From sequence record DRR723986_8715: a stretch of 51,780 bases of DNA; one strand, 5' to 3'. Made by a program: the position numbers and the translations under genes. Shown piece by piece: positions 10,140 through 19,729 of the stretch (its first letter is position 1; each line of letters starts with the position of its first letter). The notes beneath the pieces were generated by a model that was not told the DNA's origin, ran no database searches, and saw nothing but the letters and a program-made list of their open reading frames with translations.

Positions 10140-10775
10140 TTAATCTAAATGTCTAAAAATGGAATTATCGTAGTCTTTATTCTTGTCTAAGAATATCGTT
10201 TTTAACCGTTCAATATTTTCAGTTTGATGTACTTTATTTAGTAAATGAATTAACACAAATTCCTGATCAGGAAAGCGATGCCTATACACATAACTGTCAC
10301 TTTCAATTTGTCGCTTTGCCATTTCTATATTGGCTTCAACAGAATTTAATCTTTTCAAGAAATGAATTATATCTTCTAGATTTTTATCAAAATACTTTTG
10401 CAGACTTTTTCTAAAAAAATTCTCATTCCAGAGTGAAATATTAATCTTTCTATCAAAATAGCTTTTAGACTCAAATAAGTGTGGATTATAGGAATAGAAT
10501 CTTAATGCCTTATATCTAGTAATAAATGGAATAAACTTAAAATTAATTCCAATCCAAAAACTACCATTAAGACCTCTATATGAAAATTGAATAATAGGCT
10601 TTATTCCTTGCTCATTATAGTCGCCTTGCCATATATACTTTTTAGAACTATTATCTAAACCATAATCCAATAACTTCGGCGAAATTACCTCATTCAAAAT
10701 AGTCTCAATGGTCTTTGCATCAGGTACATTTAAGTTAGAATTGTGTTCAATATTTAATAGTGAATAAATGTTCAT
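10140..10775 (-). CDS. Hypothetical protein (very AT-rich)
   Basis: 211-aa ORF packed tightly in the - strand gene string; no family recognised with confidence. Confidence 0.6.
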   Translation of the reverse strand: MNIYSLLNIEHNSNLNVPDAKTIETILNEVISPKLLDYGLDNSSKKYIWQGDYNEQGIKPIIQFSYRGLNGSFWIGINFKFIPFITRYKALRFYSYNPHLFESKSYFDRKINISLWNENFFRKSLQKYFDKNLEDIIHFLKRLNSVEANIEMAKRQIESDSYVYRHRFPDQEFVLIHLLNKVHQTENIERLKTIFLDKNKDYDNSIFRHLD

Positions 10776-10782
10776 ATTTTAT

Positions 10783-11121
10783 TCAAGAACTATATGGATT
10801 TATATACATAAGGAATTCAAATATTAAACTTTGAAAAATAAAAAATGATAAAGCCAAAATAAATAAGGCATAAACAACTCTATAATCGTGCCTATTTAGT
10901 TTGAATGTTTTCAAACAAGCAATAATGATTATCGTAAAAAAAGGCACAATAATGAACGAAGGAAAAGCTGCAAAATAAGGTAAATACTTAGGGATTAATG
11001 GATTGCTTGATTCAAAGAAAATACCTGATAGAATTCCAAAATATTTTATAAAAATAAAAGCCGAATACAATAAGGTAACTATTGTAACCGGCTTTAAAAC
11101 TTTGTTCTCTTTAAAATTCAT
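10783..11121 (-). CDS. Hypothetical membrane protein (about 3 TM helices)
   Basis: 112-aa hydrophobic ORF starting 1 nt after the ftsY stop. Confidence 0.6.
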   Translation of the reverse strand: MNFKENKVLKPVTIVTLLYSAFIFIKYFGILSGIFFESSNPLIPKYLPYFAAFPSFIIVPFFTIIIIACLKTFKLNRHDYRVVYALFILALSFFIFQSLIFEFLMYINPYSS

Positions 11122-11122
11122 C

Positions 11123-12097
11123 CTATTTGAAAAAGGAATCTACAAACTCATATTTATTAAAAACTTGTAAATCTTCAATGCCTTCTCCTACTCCAATATA
11201 CTTTACTGGAATTTGAAATTGATCACTAATACCAATAACTACTCCGCCTTTTGCTGTTCCGTCTAACTTAGTTACAGCAAGTGAAGTAACTTCGGTTGCT
11301 GCCGTAAACTGTTTAGCTTGTTCAAAAGCATTCTGACCTGTTGATCCGTCTAGCACCAATAATACATCGTGTGGTGCATCTCCAATAACTTTTTGCATAA
11401 CACGCTTAACTTTTGTAAGCTCGTTCATTAAGTTTACTTTATTGTGTAAACGACCAGCAGTATCAATAATTATTACATCTGCATCTTGATTAACACCAGA
11501 CTGTAACGCATCAAAAGCCACAGAAGCAGGATCTGAGCCCATCTCTTGCTTTATCATCGGAACATCTACTCTATCCGCCCAAACTTGTAATTGGTCTATT
11601 GCGGCTGCTCTAAACGTATCAGCAGCTCCCAGTACAACTTTAAGACCTTTTTTATTAAACTGATACGCCAATTTACCAATAGTTGTAGTTTTACCAACAC
11701 CATTAACACCAACCACCATAAGTACATATGGTGTTTTTTTACCATTTTCCTGTAGTGGCAATTCAGGCATAGTGTAATCTGTATCTTCACCAGAATTAGT
11801 TTCAGATAACAAACCAGCTATTTCTTCTCTTAAAATTTGATTTAACTCAGATGTACCTAGGTATTTGTCTTTTGCAACACGCTCCTCAATGCGCTCAATA
11901 ACTTTAAGGGTTGTATTAACACCAACATCACTCGTTACTAAAACTTCTTCAAGATTATCTAAAACATCATCATCTACTTTAGATTTTCCGGCAACAGCTT
12001 TATTTAATTTGTTAAAAAAAGACGATTTAGATTTTTCTAAACCTTTGTCAAGGGTTTCCTTTTTTTCAGAAGAAAATATTTTTTTAAAAAAACTCAT
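11123..12097 (-). CDS. ftsY: Signal recognition particle receptor FtsY
   Basis: GVNGVGKTTT, DTFRAAA, DTAGR and TKLDGTAKGG. Confidence 0.97.
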   Translation of the reverse strand: MSFFKKIFSSEKKETLDKGLEKSKSSFFNKLNKAVAGKSKVDDDVLDNLEEVLVTSDVGVNTTLKVIERIEERVAKDKYLGTSELNQILREEIAGLLSETNSGEDTDYTMPELPLQENGKKTPYVLMVVGVNGVGKTTTIGKLAYQFNKKGLKVVLGAADTFRAAAIDQLQVWADRVDVPMIKQEMGSDPASVAFDALQSGVNQDADVIIIDTAGRLHNKVNLMNELTKVKRVMQKVIGDAPHDVLLVLDGSTGQNAFEQAKQFTAATEVTSLAVTKLDGTAKGGVVIGISDQFQIPVKYIGVGEGIEDLQVFNKYEFVDSFFK

Positions 12098-12176
12098 TTA
12101 TTATTAATTCTATTTGCTTGGCTAGGTGCAAGAACCTTGCCTAATCGGTTAGCTGCTAAGTTGTCAGGTTAGCATT

Positions 12177-12184
12177 CAAATATA
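12177..12184 (-). promoter_or_regulatory. -7 promoter element for ftsY
   Basis: TATATTTG on the - strand, just downstream of the upstream operon terminator. Confidence 0.6.
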
Positions 12185-12189
12185 GCCAT

Positions 12190-12220
12190 AAAAAAACTGC
12201 TTTCAAATGAAAGCAGTTTT
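12190..12220 (-). terminator. Intrinsic terminator of rpmB-rpmG-DUF4295
   Basis: AAAACTGCTTTCA / TGAAAGCAGTTTT inverted repeat with a U tract on the - strand. Confidence 0.8.
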
Positions 12221-12243
12221 GTAATTCTACATATTTATGTAGC

Positions 12244-12396
12244 TTATTTTTTATTTAAAAAGTCATTGACAAATTCTGGTGCCATTACTGATTCTAAGAA
12301 CATGTAAGCTCCAGTTTTTGGTGATTTCACCATTTTAATAGCTTTTGTCAAACGCTTTGATCCTGTCTGTAAAGACGCTACTGATTTCTTTGCCAT
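12244..12396 (-). CDS. DUF4295 family small protein (50 aa)
   Basis: MAKKSVASLQTGSKRLTKAIKMVKSPKTGAYMFLESVMAPEFVNDFLNKK, in the usual Bacteroidota position between rpmG and ftsY; below the ORF-track cutoff. Confidence 0.9.
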   Translation of the reverse strand: MAKKSVASLQTGSKRLTKAIKMVKSPKTGAYMFLESVMAPEFVNDFLNKK

Positions 12397-12402
12397 AACT
12401 TA

Positions 12403-12585
12403 TTATTTTATCTCTTTATGTACTGTCATACGCTTAAGAATAGGATTAAATTTTTTAATCTCCATTCTATCTGGCGTGTTCTTTTTGTTCTTTGTTGTAA
12501 TATATCTAGATGTTCCTGGTTTACCAGAAGCTTTGTGCTCAGTGCACTCTAAGATAACTTGTATTCTATTTCCTTTTTTTGCCAT
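12403..12585 (-). CDS. rpmG: 50S ribosomal protein L33
   Basis: [16 protein letters not shown]...[22 protein letters not shown]...HKEIK. Confidence 0.97.
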   Translation of the reverse strand: MAKKGNRIQVILECTEHKASGKPGTSRYITTKNKKNTPDRMEIKKFNPILKRMTVHKEIK

Positions 12586-12610
12586 TGTAAATTGACTTTA
12601 GCGTATGCTA

Positions 12611-12847
12611 TTATTTGTAAAATCCTTTTGCTCTAGCTTCTTTTAACATTGCTGAGATACCAATTTTATTGATAGTCTTTAATGCAGATGTAGAAACTTT
12701 TAATGTTACCCACTTATCTTCTTCAGGAATGAAAAAACGCTTTTTCACCAAGTTTGCATTAAACTTGCGCTTTGTTTTATTCATGGCGTGAGACACGTTG
12801 TTTCCAACCATTGCTTTTTTCCCAGTAAGTTCACAAACTCTTGACAT
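12611..12847 (-). CDS. rpmB: 50S ribosomal protein L28
   Basis: MSRVCELTGK...GNNVSHAMNKTKRKF; TAAATTTG promoter at 12887-12894. Confidence 0.97.
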   Translation of the reverse strand: MSRVCELTGKKAMVGNNVSHAMNKTKRKFNANLVKKRFFIPEEDKWVTLKVSTSALKTINKIGISAMLKEARAKGFYK

Positions 12848-12926
12848 TGTATTCTTTCTTTAGGTATGTTAATTTTTAACAGGGTGCAAATTTAAGAAAA
12901 CTTTACGTTTCAACAAACATAAAGTT

Positions 12927-14174
12927 CTACTTTTTTGAAATTTCTTTTTGAAGCATTTCAAAGGCTTTATTTGTAGCCTTCATAATTACTTTCTCACGGT
13001 GATTACTGAAATTAAAAACTTCAGAGTACACTCGGTCTTTTGTCGCAATAGCAATCCATACCGTTCCAACTTCGGCATCAGAATCTCCTTTTGTTGGGCC
13101 GGCATTACCAGTGGTGCTCAATCCATAATCTGCATTAAACAGCGCTCTTACATTAGTTGCCATTGCCTCAGCCACTTCTTGGCTCACTACTGATCGTTTT
13201 GATATTTCCTTTTCAGAGACCTTTAAAATATTCACTTTAGATTCTGTTGCATAAGTAACAATACTACCTTTAAAATATTTTGAAGCTCCTGCATTTGCAG
13301 TAAATGATTGGGCAATTTTACCTCCAGTACAACTTTCTGCAATGGCTAAAGTTTTGCCTATTTCAGTTAACCTCTTACCAATTATGGTTTCAATTGAACT
13401 ATCTTCTTCAAACCCAACAAAAATATCTTCTACAAATGGCAATAATCGTTGTACTTGTTTTTCCACCTCTACCTCTACCATAGCCTTATCATAAGCTTTG
13501 GCCGACAATCTTAACCTGACTCTACCTAAACTCGGTAAATATGCTAGTTTAATAAAATCTGGTAATTGCTCTTCAAATTCCTCAATTCTGCCAGCAATAG
13601 CGCTTTCGCCTAATCCGTAGGTTAATAATGTTTTATGCTTTATATAAGGAAACTTAAATTTATCTCTTAAATGAGGTATTACTTCATCTTTTATTAATGC
13701 CTTCATTTCATAAGGTACACCTGGTAACGAAACAAACACCTTGCTTTCTTTCTCCATCCACATTCCAGGTGCAGTACCATACTTATTCATTAATACCTTA
13801 GACTTAGATGGCACTAGAGCTTGATGACGGTTAATTTCTGAAATAGGTGTTTTAATATATTTTGAAAACAAATGCTCTACATTAGCAAGTACATCTTTAT
13901 TTTCTATTAACTCATCGTTAAAATATTCGCATAAGGTCAGTTTAGTGATGTCGTCCTTTGTAGGACCTAAGCCACCTGTAATAATGATAATATCGGCATT
14001 GCCTTCTGCTTCTTCAAGAGCCTTTAATATATGCTCCTTATCATCTTGTACTGAAGTGATTTGGTAAATGGATATACCAATTTTATTAAATTCTTTTGCT
14101 AGAAATGCAGAGTTTGTATCTATAATCTGACCGATAAGGATTTCATCTCCAATTGTTATTATTTCTGCTGTCAA
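12927..14174 (-). CDS. cinA: CinA family NMN deamidase-related protein
   Basis: IGDEILIGQIIDTN, TGGLGPTKDD, LPGVPYEM and AESCTGG; TTG start; TACCTTTG promoter at 14201-14208. Confidence 0.92.
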   Translation of the reverse strand: MTAEIITIGDEILIGQIIDTNSAFLAKEFNKIGISIYQITSVQDDKEHILKALEEAEGNADIIIITGGLGPTKDDITKLTLCEYFNDELIENKDVLANVEHLFSKYIKTPISEINRHQALVPSKSKVLMNKYGTAPGMWMEKESKVFVSLPGVPYEMKALIKDEVIPHLRDKFKFPYIKHKTLLTYGLGESAIAGRIEEFEEQLPDFIKLAYLPSLGRVRLRLSAKAYDKAMVEVEVEKQVQRLLPFVEDIFVGFEEDSSIETIIGKRLTEIGKTLAIAESCTGGKIAQSFTANAGASKYFKGSIVTYATESKVNILKVSEKEISKRSVVSQEVAEAMATNVRALFNADYGLSTTGNAGPTKGDSDAEVGTVWIAIATKDRVYSEVFNFSNHREKVIMKATNKAFEMLQKEISKK

Positions 14175-14269
14175 AAAGTTGAAATTTTAAATGATAATCG
14201 CAAAGGTAATGCTATTAAGAAGTTAATTCATTAATTTTAAACAACCTTTAATAAAATTCTCAACGCATC

Positions 14270-15301
14270 ATGATTAATAAAAACATCCTTACAACACTGC
14301 TCTTTTGTATAATATCTTCTTCTTTATTTTATCAATGTGAAGAAAAAAAGGAAACGAAAACCAAAGAGACGATAGAAGTTAAGAACAACTTAAAACCAGA
14401 TTTTACGCTTACCAAAGATCAAACACATAACAAATTCAGTAACACTATTCAGCCTATACTTACAGTTGAATCTGGTGCTATAATTGAAGCTTATACTGAA
14501 GATGCCAGTGATGAACAGTTTAATTTAAATTCTACGGTTAAAGATTTAGAGAATCTTGATTTTGAACCTATCCATCCCTTAACAGGTCCTGTTTTTGTAG
14601 ATGGAGCTCAACCAGGTGATGTCTTAAAAGTAACATTACATGAAATTGAGTTAGGAGATTGGGGCTGGAACGCCATCTATCCTGGGTTTAGTTTCGTCGC
14701 AGACTCTATTAAAGGTGAGTATTTAAGAATTTACGATTTAAAAAATGATAAAGCTAAAGTCAGTTTTAATGACTCCATTACCTTAAAACTTAATCCATTT
14801 CCAGGAGTCATGGGAGTTGCTCCAGCTACAGAAGAATTATTAAGTACCATACCACCAAGAGCAAATGGTGGAAACATGGATGACCCTAATATGACGGTAG
14901 GTACGTCAATTTATTTCCCTGTATTTGTTGAAGGAGGTCTATTCTCTATTGGTGACGGACATGCAGTACAAGGCTTAGGTGAAGTTTGTGGTACTGCCAT
15001 TGAAGTTCCGTTGAGGGTTGTTTACGAAATTGAGTTGATAAAAAATAAATCCATAAAAGAACCTCAATACGAAACCAAAGATTACTATGCGACTACTGGA
15101 TATGGTACTTCGATAGATATTGCTGCAAAAAAAGCAACGCTTTACATGATAGATTATTTAATCACAGAGCACAAGCTCAGTGAAAATGAGGCCTATGCCT
15201 TATGTTCATTAGCCGGCGATCTTAAAATAGCTGAAACTGTAGATTTACCACATATGTTAGTTACCATGCATATGTCTAAAGAAGTATTAGGAATAAAATA
15301 A
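14270..15301 (+). CDS. Acetamidase/formamidase family protein, probable lipoprotein
   Basis: HPLTGPVFVDGAQPGD, GGNMD and GDGHAVQGLGEVCGTAIE; N-terminal signal ending in FYQC. Confidence 0.88.
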   Translation: MINKNILTTLLFCIISSSLFYQCEEKKETKTKETIEVKNNLKPDFTLTKDQTHNKFSNTIQPILTVESGAIIEAYTEDASDEQFNLNSTVKDLENLDFEPIHPLTGPVFVDGAQPGDVLKVTLHEIELGDWGWNAIYPGFSFVADSIKGEYLRIYDLKNDKAKVSFNDSITLKLNPFPGVMGVAPATEELLSTIPPRANGGNMDDPNMTVGTSIYFPVFVEGGLFSIGDGHAVQGLGEVCGTAIEVPLRVVYEIELIKNKSIKEPQYETKDYYATTGYGTSIDIAAKKATLYMIDYLITEHKLSENEAYALCSLAGDLKIAETVDLPHMLVTMHMSKEVLGIK

Positions 15302-15643
15302 CTATAAATTAAAATCAGACTTGATCTCTGCAGTTGCATTCTCAACCGCAGTTAATACTTTTTGAAGTTCAGCATTGACATTTTTATCTGATTGCTCAAA
15401 TTTGCCCCAATCTTGAACAGTGATTAATTCGTCAAAAACACCCAACTCAAAAAGCTCAATGGTTGGTTTCATTTTGTGAGCAGCTTGGTATGTCTCATAA
15501 AAATCACCTTCTGGCACAGCTTTTCTAAGTCGGTCTGCATCTTCTGGTACTTCCTCTATAAATGCTGCTGCTAATGCCATAACGAAATCTTCATCGTTAT
15601 CTGCCATTTCTCTAACTCGGTCTAATTTGTAATGTTCTGCCAT
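15302..15643 (-). CDS. Stand-alone Hpt (histidine phosphotransfer) domain protein
   Basis: AAHKMKPTI phospho-His motif in a 113-aa helical protein. Confidence 0.85.
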   Translation of the reverse strand: MAEHYKLDRVREMADNDEDFVMALAAAFIEEVPEDADRLRKAVPEGDFYETYQAAHKMKPTIELFELGVFDELITVQDWGKFEQSDKNVNAELQKVLTAVENATAEIKSDFNL

Positions 15644-16255
15644 TTATTTAATTTTAATTGAAAACATTTCTTGGTCTTCAATATATCCTTTTAATTTATC
15701 GTTTGCAAAAACCTTACCAACTCCGGCAGGTGTTCCTGTAAATATAATATCTCCTATTTTTAAAGTAAAATATTTTGACACATATTCTATAAGTTCGTCA
15801 ATCTTCCATAACATTAACTCTGTATTGCCAGATTGAACTATTTCATCATTTTTCTCTAATCTAAAATTGATGTCATTAATATTTTCAAATTGGGTTTTTG
15901 GCAACCACTTCCCTAGCACTGCTGCACCATCGAACGCTTTAGCCTTTTCCCATGGTAACCCTTTTGCTTTAAGTTGTGCTTGTAAATCGCGAGCTGTAAA
16001 GTCTATTCCAAGACCAATTTCATCGTAATATTTTTGAGCAAACTTCTTATCAATATACTTCCCAACTTTCTTTATTTTCACTAAGACCTCTACCTCATGG
16101 TGCACTTCATCAGAAAATTCAGGAATAAAAAAAGGCATTTTCTTAAGTAAGATAGATGTATCTGGTTTTAAAAAAACCACAGGATCTGTCGGTTTTTCGT
16201 TTTCTAATTCCTTTATGTGGTCTGTGTAGTTGCGACCTATACAGATGAGTTTCAT
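15644..16255 (-). CDS. Fumarylacetoacetate hydrolase family protein
   Basis: CIGRNYTDH, HHEVEV, DFTARDLQ and GDIIFTGTPAGVG. Confidence 0.92.
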   Translation of the reverse strand: MKLICIGRNYTDHIKELENEKPTDPVVFLKPDTSILLKKMPFFIPEFSDEVHHEVEVLVKIKKVGKYIDKKFAQKYYDEIGLGIDFTARDLQAQLKAKGLPWEKAKAFDGAAVLGKWLPKTQFENINDINFRLEKNDEIVQSGNTELMLWKIDELIEYVSKYFTLKIGDIIFTGTPAGVGKVFANDKLKGYIEDQEMFSIKIK

Positions 16256-17031
16256 TAATCTAATTTATTATTAAACTGTCTTAACTTAATAGCTGTTAAC
16301 ACCTTTTTAGTATATAATGGGAAATCGGCATTAAGTAACCAACCAAAATAACCTGGTTCTTGTTCCATAACATCAACCACACGCTTTCCTTTATGCTTAC
16401 CAAAAGAAAAGCACTCTTCTCCTTCTTTATTAAAAATTAAAAACCCAGCAAAATCTGCAAATTTTCTGCGCGAACTAAACTCCGCCAAGAACTTGGTGTC
16501 ATTCTCTAATTCCTCGTATCTGGTTAATTGTGCTTTCAAAACTTCGTAGGTTGCTTTGGTATCAGCTTCGGCACTATGAGCATCATCTAAATTTTTATCG
16601 CAGTAGAATTTATAGGCTGCACTTAAGGTGCGTTGTTCCATTTTATGAAAAATCGTCTGAACATCGACTGATTGTCTGTTTTTCATATCAAAATCAATGT
16701 CAGAACGTAACATTTCCTCAGCTAATAATGGAATATCGAAGCGGTTAGAATTAAATCCACCTAAATCAGAATCCTTAATTAAATTATTTACTTCTTTAGA
16801 AATCTCTTTAAAAGTTGGTGCATCTGCAACATCAGCATCAGAAATTCCATGAACTTTAGTTACCTCTGGTGGAATTGGTATCGTTGGATTTACCCGTTTT
16901 GTATAAGTCTCTTCTTTACCGTCTGGATAAACTTTGAGCACTGAAATTTCTACTATTCTATCTTTTGAAATATTGATTCCTGTCGTTTCTAAATCGAAAA
17001 AGCAGATAGGTTTATTAAGGTTTAGTTGCAT
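16255..17031 (-). CDS. DEDDh 3'-5' exonuclease (DNA polymerase III epsilon-like)
   Basis: FDLETTG, FNSNRFD, HSAEAD and C-terminal FGKHKG; TACCTTTG promoter at 17049-17056. Confidence 0.9.
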   Translation of the reverse strand: MQLNLNKPICFFDLETTGINISKDRIVEISVLKVYPDGKEETYTKRVNPTIPIPPEVTKVHGISDADVADAPTFKEISKEVNNLIKDSDLGGFNSNRFDIPLLAEEMLRSDIDFDMKNRQSVDVQTIFHKMEQRTLSAAYKFYCDKNLDDAHSAEADTKATYEVLKAQLTRYEELENDTKFLAEFSSRRKFADFAGFLIFNKEGEECFSFGKHKGKRVVDVMEQEPGYFGWLLNADFPLYTKKVLTAIKLRQFNNKLD

Positions 17032-17153
17032 CTATATTAACTTTTGCACAAAGGTAGGGAGATTTAGGAGAATGGCTAAATCATTTTACAATTTGAGATT
17101 ACAAATATTTAACCGAAATTCGTTATCCTAAAGTTTTAAACTCAACTATTACA

Positions 17154-18233
17154 ATGGCAGTAAATACTGATACAGCAATAGAATTTTCTTACGGTGCTAA
17201 AATGAAAAATAGATTTATGCTGGCACCTCTTACCAATCAACAAAGTCATGAAGATGGTAGTTTGTCTAATGATGAGTTTTATTGGTTAACCAGGAGAGCC
17301 AAAGGAGGTTTTGGATTAGTAATGACTTGTGCCTCACATGTGCAAGACGTTGGTAAAGGATTCGCAGGTCAGTTAGGCATATTTTCCGATAATCTAATCG
17401 ATGGTCATAAAAGGTTAACATCAAAGATAAAACAGCATGGTAGTTTAGCCGTTATTCAGTTACATCATGCTGGTATGCGTTCACCTTTTGAGGTTATTAA
17501 ACAAAAAGCGGTTTGCCCATCAGATAGTGAAAAACATAATGCCAGAGCTTTAACACTAGAAGAAGTATATCAATTAAGAGATGATTTTATTGCTGCTGCT
17601 GTAAGAGCTCAAAAATGTGGCTATGATGGTGTTGAAGTTCATGGTGCACATGGCTATATCCTTACTCAATTTTTGAGTGCTAAAATTAACCAGAGACAAG
17701 ACCAATATGGTGGTTCACTGCAAAATAGAGCGCGATTGATATTCGAAATTATTGATGGTATTAGAACCCAATGTGGTGAAAACTTTTTATTAGGAATACG
17801 ACTTTCACCTGAACGTTTTGGCATGCAACTGTCTGAGATAAAAACTTTGAGTCAGCAACTTATAGATGATGGCAAAATTGACTTTCTAGACCTTTCCCTT
17901 TGGGATTGTTTTAAAACACCAGAGGAATTTCCTGAGAGTAAAATGAATCTTTTAGAACATGTTCTTCAATTAGATTTTAAAAAGGTTAAACTTACTGTCG
18001 CCGGAAATATTAGAACTGGTGAAGATGTACAAAAAGTTTTAAATGTTGGTGTTGATTTTGTTACCATCGGTCGATCTGGAATCTTGCATCACGATTTTCC
18101 TAAAAAAGTGATAGAAAATCCTGATTTTGAACCTATTGATAATCCTGTATCTGTAACACATTTGAAATCCGAAGGTCTTAGTGAGACTTTTATCAACTAT
18201 ATGCGTCGTTGGGAAGGCTTTGTTGAAGAATAA
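17154..18233 (+). CDS. NADH:flavin oxidoreductase (Old Yellow Enzyme family)
   Basis: KNRFMLAPLT, IQLHHAG and GYDGVEVHGAHGYILTQFLS...NQRQDQYGGS. Confidence 0.92.
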   Translation: MAVNTDTAIEFSYGAKMKNRFMLAPLTNQQSHEDGSLSNDEFYWLTRRAKGGFGLVMTCASHVQDVGKGFAGQLGIFSDNLIDGHKRLTSKIKQHGSLAVIQLHHAGMRSPFEVIKQKAVCPSDSEKHNARALTLEEVYQLRDDFIAAAVRAQKCGYDGVEVHGAHGYILTQFLSAKINQRQDQYGGSLQNRARLIFEIIDGIRTQCGENFLLGIRLSPERFGMQLSEIKTLSQQLIDDGKIDFLDLSLWDCFKTPEEFPESKMNLLEHVLQLDFKKVKLTVAGNIRTGEDVQKVLNVGVDFVTIGRSGILHHDFPKKVIENPDFEPIDNPVSVTHLKSEGLSETFINYMRRWEGFVEE

Positions 18234-18276
18234 AAAAAGCAAAGTTTTACAACTGTGCTTTCTATTTATGATAATT

Positions 18277-18294
18277 TTCCTGCCTTCGCAGGAA
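18277..18294. repeat. REP-like palindrome TTCCTGC-CTTC-GCAGGAA
   Basis: Perfect 7-bp inverted repeat between convergent genes; resembles the ATTCC...GGAAT short palindromic repeats (dRS3-like) seen in flavobacteria. Confidence 0.55.
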
Positions 18295-18298
18295 TTTG

Positions 18299-19639
18299 TT
18301 ATATCTCTCTATCAGAATCCCAAGCCTCTAAGTAATCTTTTACGGCTTTTACGAATTTTCCTCCGAGCGCACCATTAACAACACGATGATCGTAAGAGTG
18401 CGACATAAACATTTTATATCGTATACCAATAAAATCCCCTTGTGGAGTTTCAATAACTGCAGGCACTTTTCTAATCGCACCTATAGCTAAAATACCAACT
18501 TGTGGCTGGTTAATAATTGGTGTACCCATAATACTGCCAAATGTTCCAACATTAGTAACTGTATAGGTTCCGTCTTGTATATCATCTGGACTCAATTGAC
18601 CTAAACGAGCTCTATTGGCTAAATCATTCACCTTTTTGGCCATTCCTAAAAGGTTCAATTGATCAGCATCTTTAATAACTGGCACAATTAAATTACCATC
18701 TGGCAATGCTGCAGCCATACCTAAATTGATATGCTTCTTTTTTATAATACTGTCGCCCTGCACCGAAATATTCATCATCGGATAATCACGCAACGCTTTG
18801 GCTACGGCTTCCATGAAAATTGGTGTAAAGGTTAGGTTCTCACCCTCACGCTTTTTAAAATCGTTTTTATGCTTGTTTCTCCAATTCCAAATGTCCGTTA
18901 CATCAGCTTCAATAAATGATTGTACATGTGCAGACGTCTGCACAGAATCTACCATATGCTTAGAAATGAGTTTCCCCATTCTTGTCATTTCAATAATCTC
19001 ATCATCACCAGAAGCTACTATAGGAGTTTCAACTGGCTTTTCCTGAGTTTTAGCAGGAGCAGGCGCTTCTACTTTTGGTTGTTCAGCTACTGGTTGTGGA
19101 GTTGGATCTGCTTTTGGTGCAGCACCACGAGAATCTAAATAAGCTTTTATATCATTTTTAGTAACACGACCATCCTTACCTGTTCCAGGTACTGTGTCTA
19201 ATTCAGCTTGAGATATTCCTTCTTTTTTAGCTATGTTTTTGACTAGTGGTGAGTAGAATCGTTCACCTGAAGAAATTACTGGTTCTACAGCAGCTTGTGC
19301 AACTGTAACAGCCTTTGCAACTTCAGCTACAGCTCTTGGAGCTTCTTGTTTAACCTCTGGTTCAGCAGCTGGTGCTTTAACCTCAACTGTACCACCACCC
19401 TCTGTTTCTATGACGGCAATGGTCTGACCAACCTGCACAACATCATCAATTTCAAACAGTTTTTCAAGTAATACACCATCTACCTCGCTAGGTACTTCAC
19501 TATCTACTTTATCTGTTGCAATTTCTAAAACTGCCTCATCTGCTTCTATTGTATCACCAACGTCTTTAAGCCAAGAAGTAATTGTTGCTTCTGCAACACT
19601 CTCACCCATTTTAGGTAACTTAAGTTCAAACTTTGTCAT
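18299..19639 (-). CDS. 2-oxoacid dehydrogenase E2 dihydrolipoamide acyltransferase (probably branched-chain type)
   Basis: Lipoyl domain (ATDKVDSEVPS), subunit-binding domain (GTGKDGRVTKND) and catalytic DHRVVNG. Confidence 0.92.
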   Translation of the reverse strand: MTKFELKLPKMGESVAEATITSWLKDVGDTIEADEAVLEIATDKVDSEVPSEVDGVLLEKLFEIDDVVQVGQTIAVIETEGGGTVEVKAPAAEPEVKQEAPRAVAEVAKAVTVAQAAVEPVISSGERFYSPLVKNIAKKEGISQAELDTVPGTGKDGRVTKNDIKAYLDSRGAAPKADPTPQPVAEQPKVEAPAPAKTQEKPVETPIVASGDDEIIEMTRMGKLISKHMVDSVQTSAHVQSFIEADVTDIWNWRNKHKNDFKKREGENLTFTPIFMEAVAKALRDYPMMNISVQGDSIIKKKHINLGMAAALPDGNLIVPVIKDADQLNLLGMAKKVNDLANRARLGQLSPDDIQDGTYTVTNVGTFGSIMGTPIINQPQVGILAIGAIRKVPAVIETPQGDFIGIRYKMFMSHSYDHRVVNGALGGKFVKAVKDYLEAWDSDREI

Positions 19640-19729
19640 ATCTATAATTTGAAGGTCTTTATTAGCTAATTGAATGCAAAATTAATAAAAAATCCTCTAT
19701 TTTATTGATTTTAATTCAATTAAAACTAT

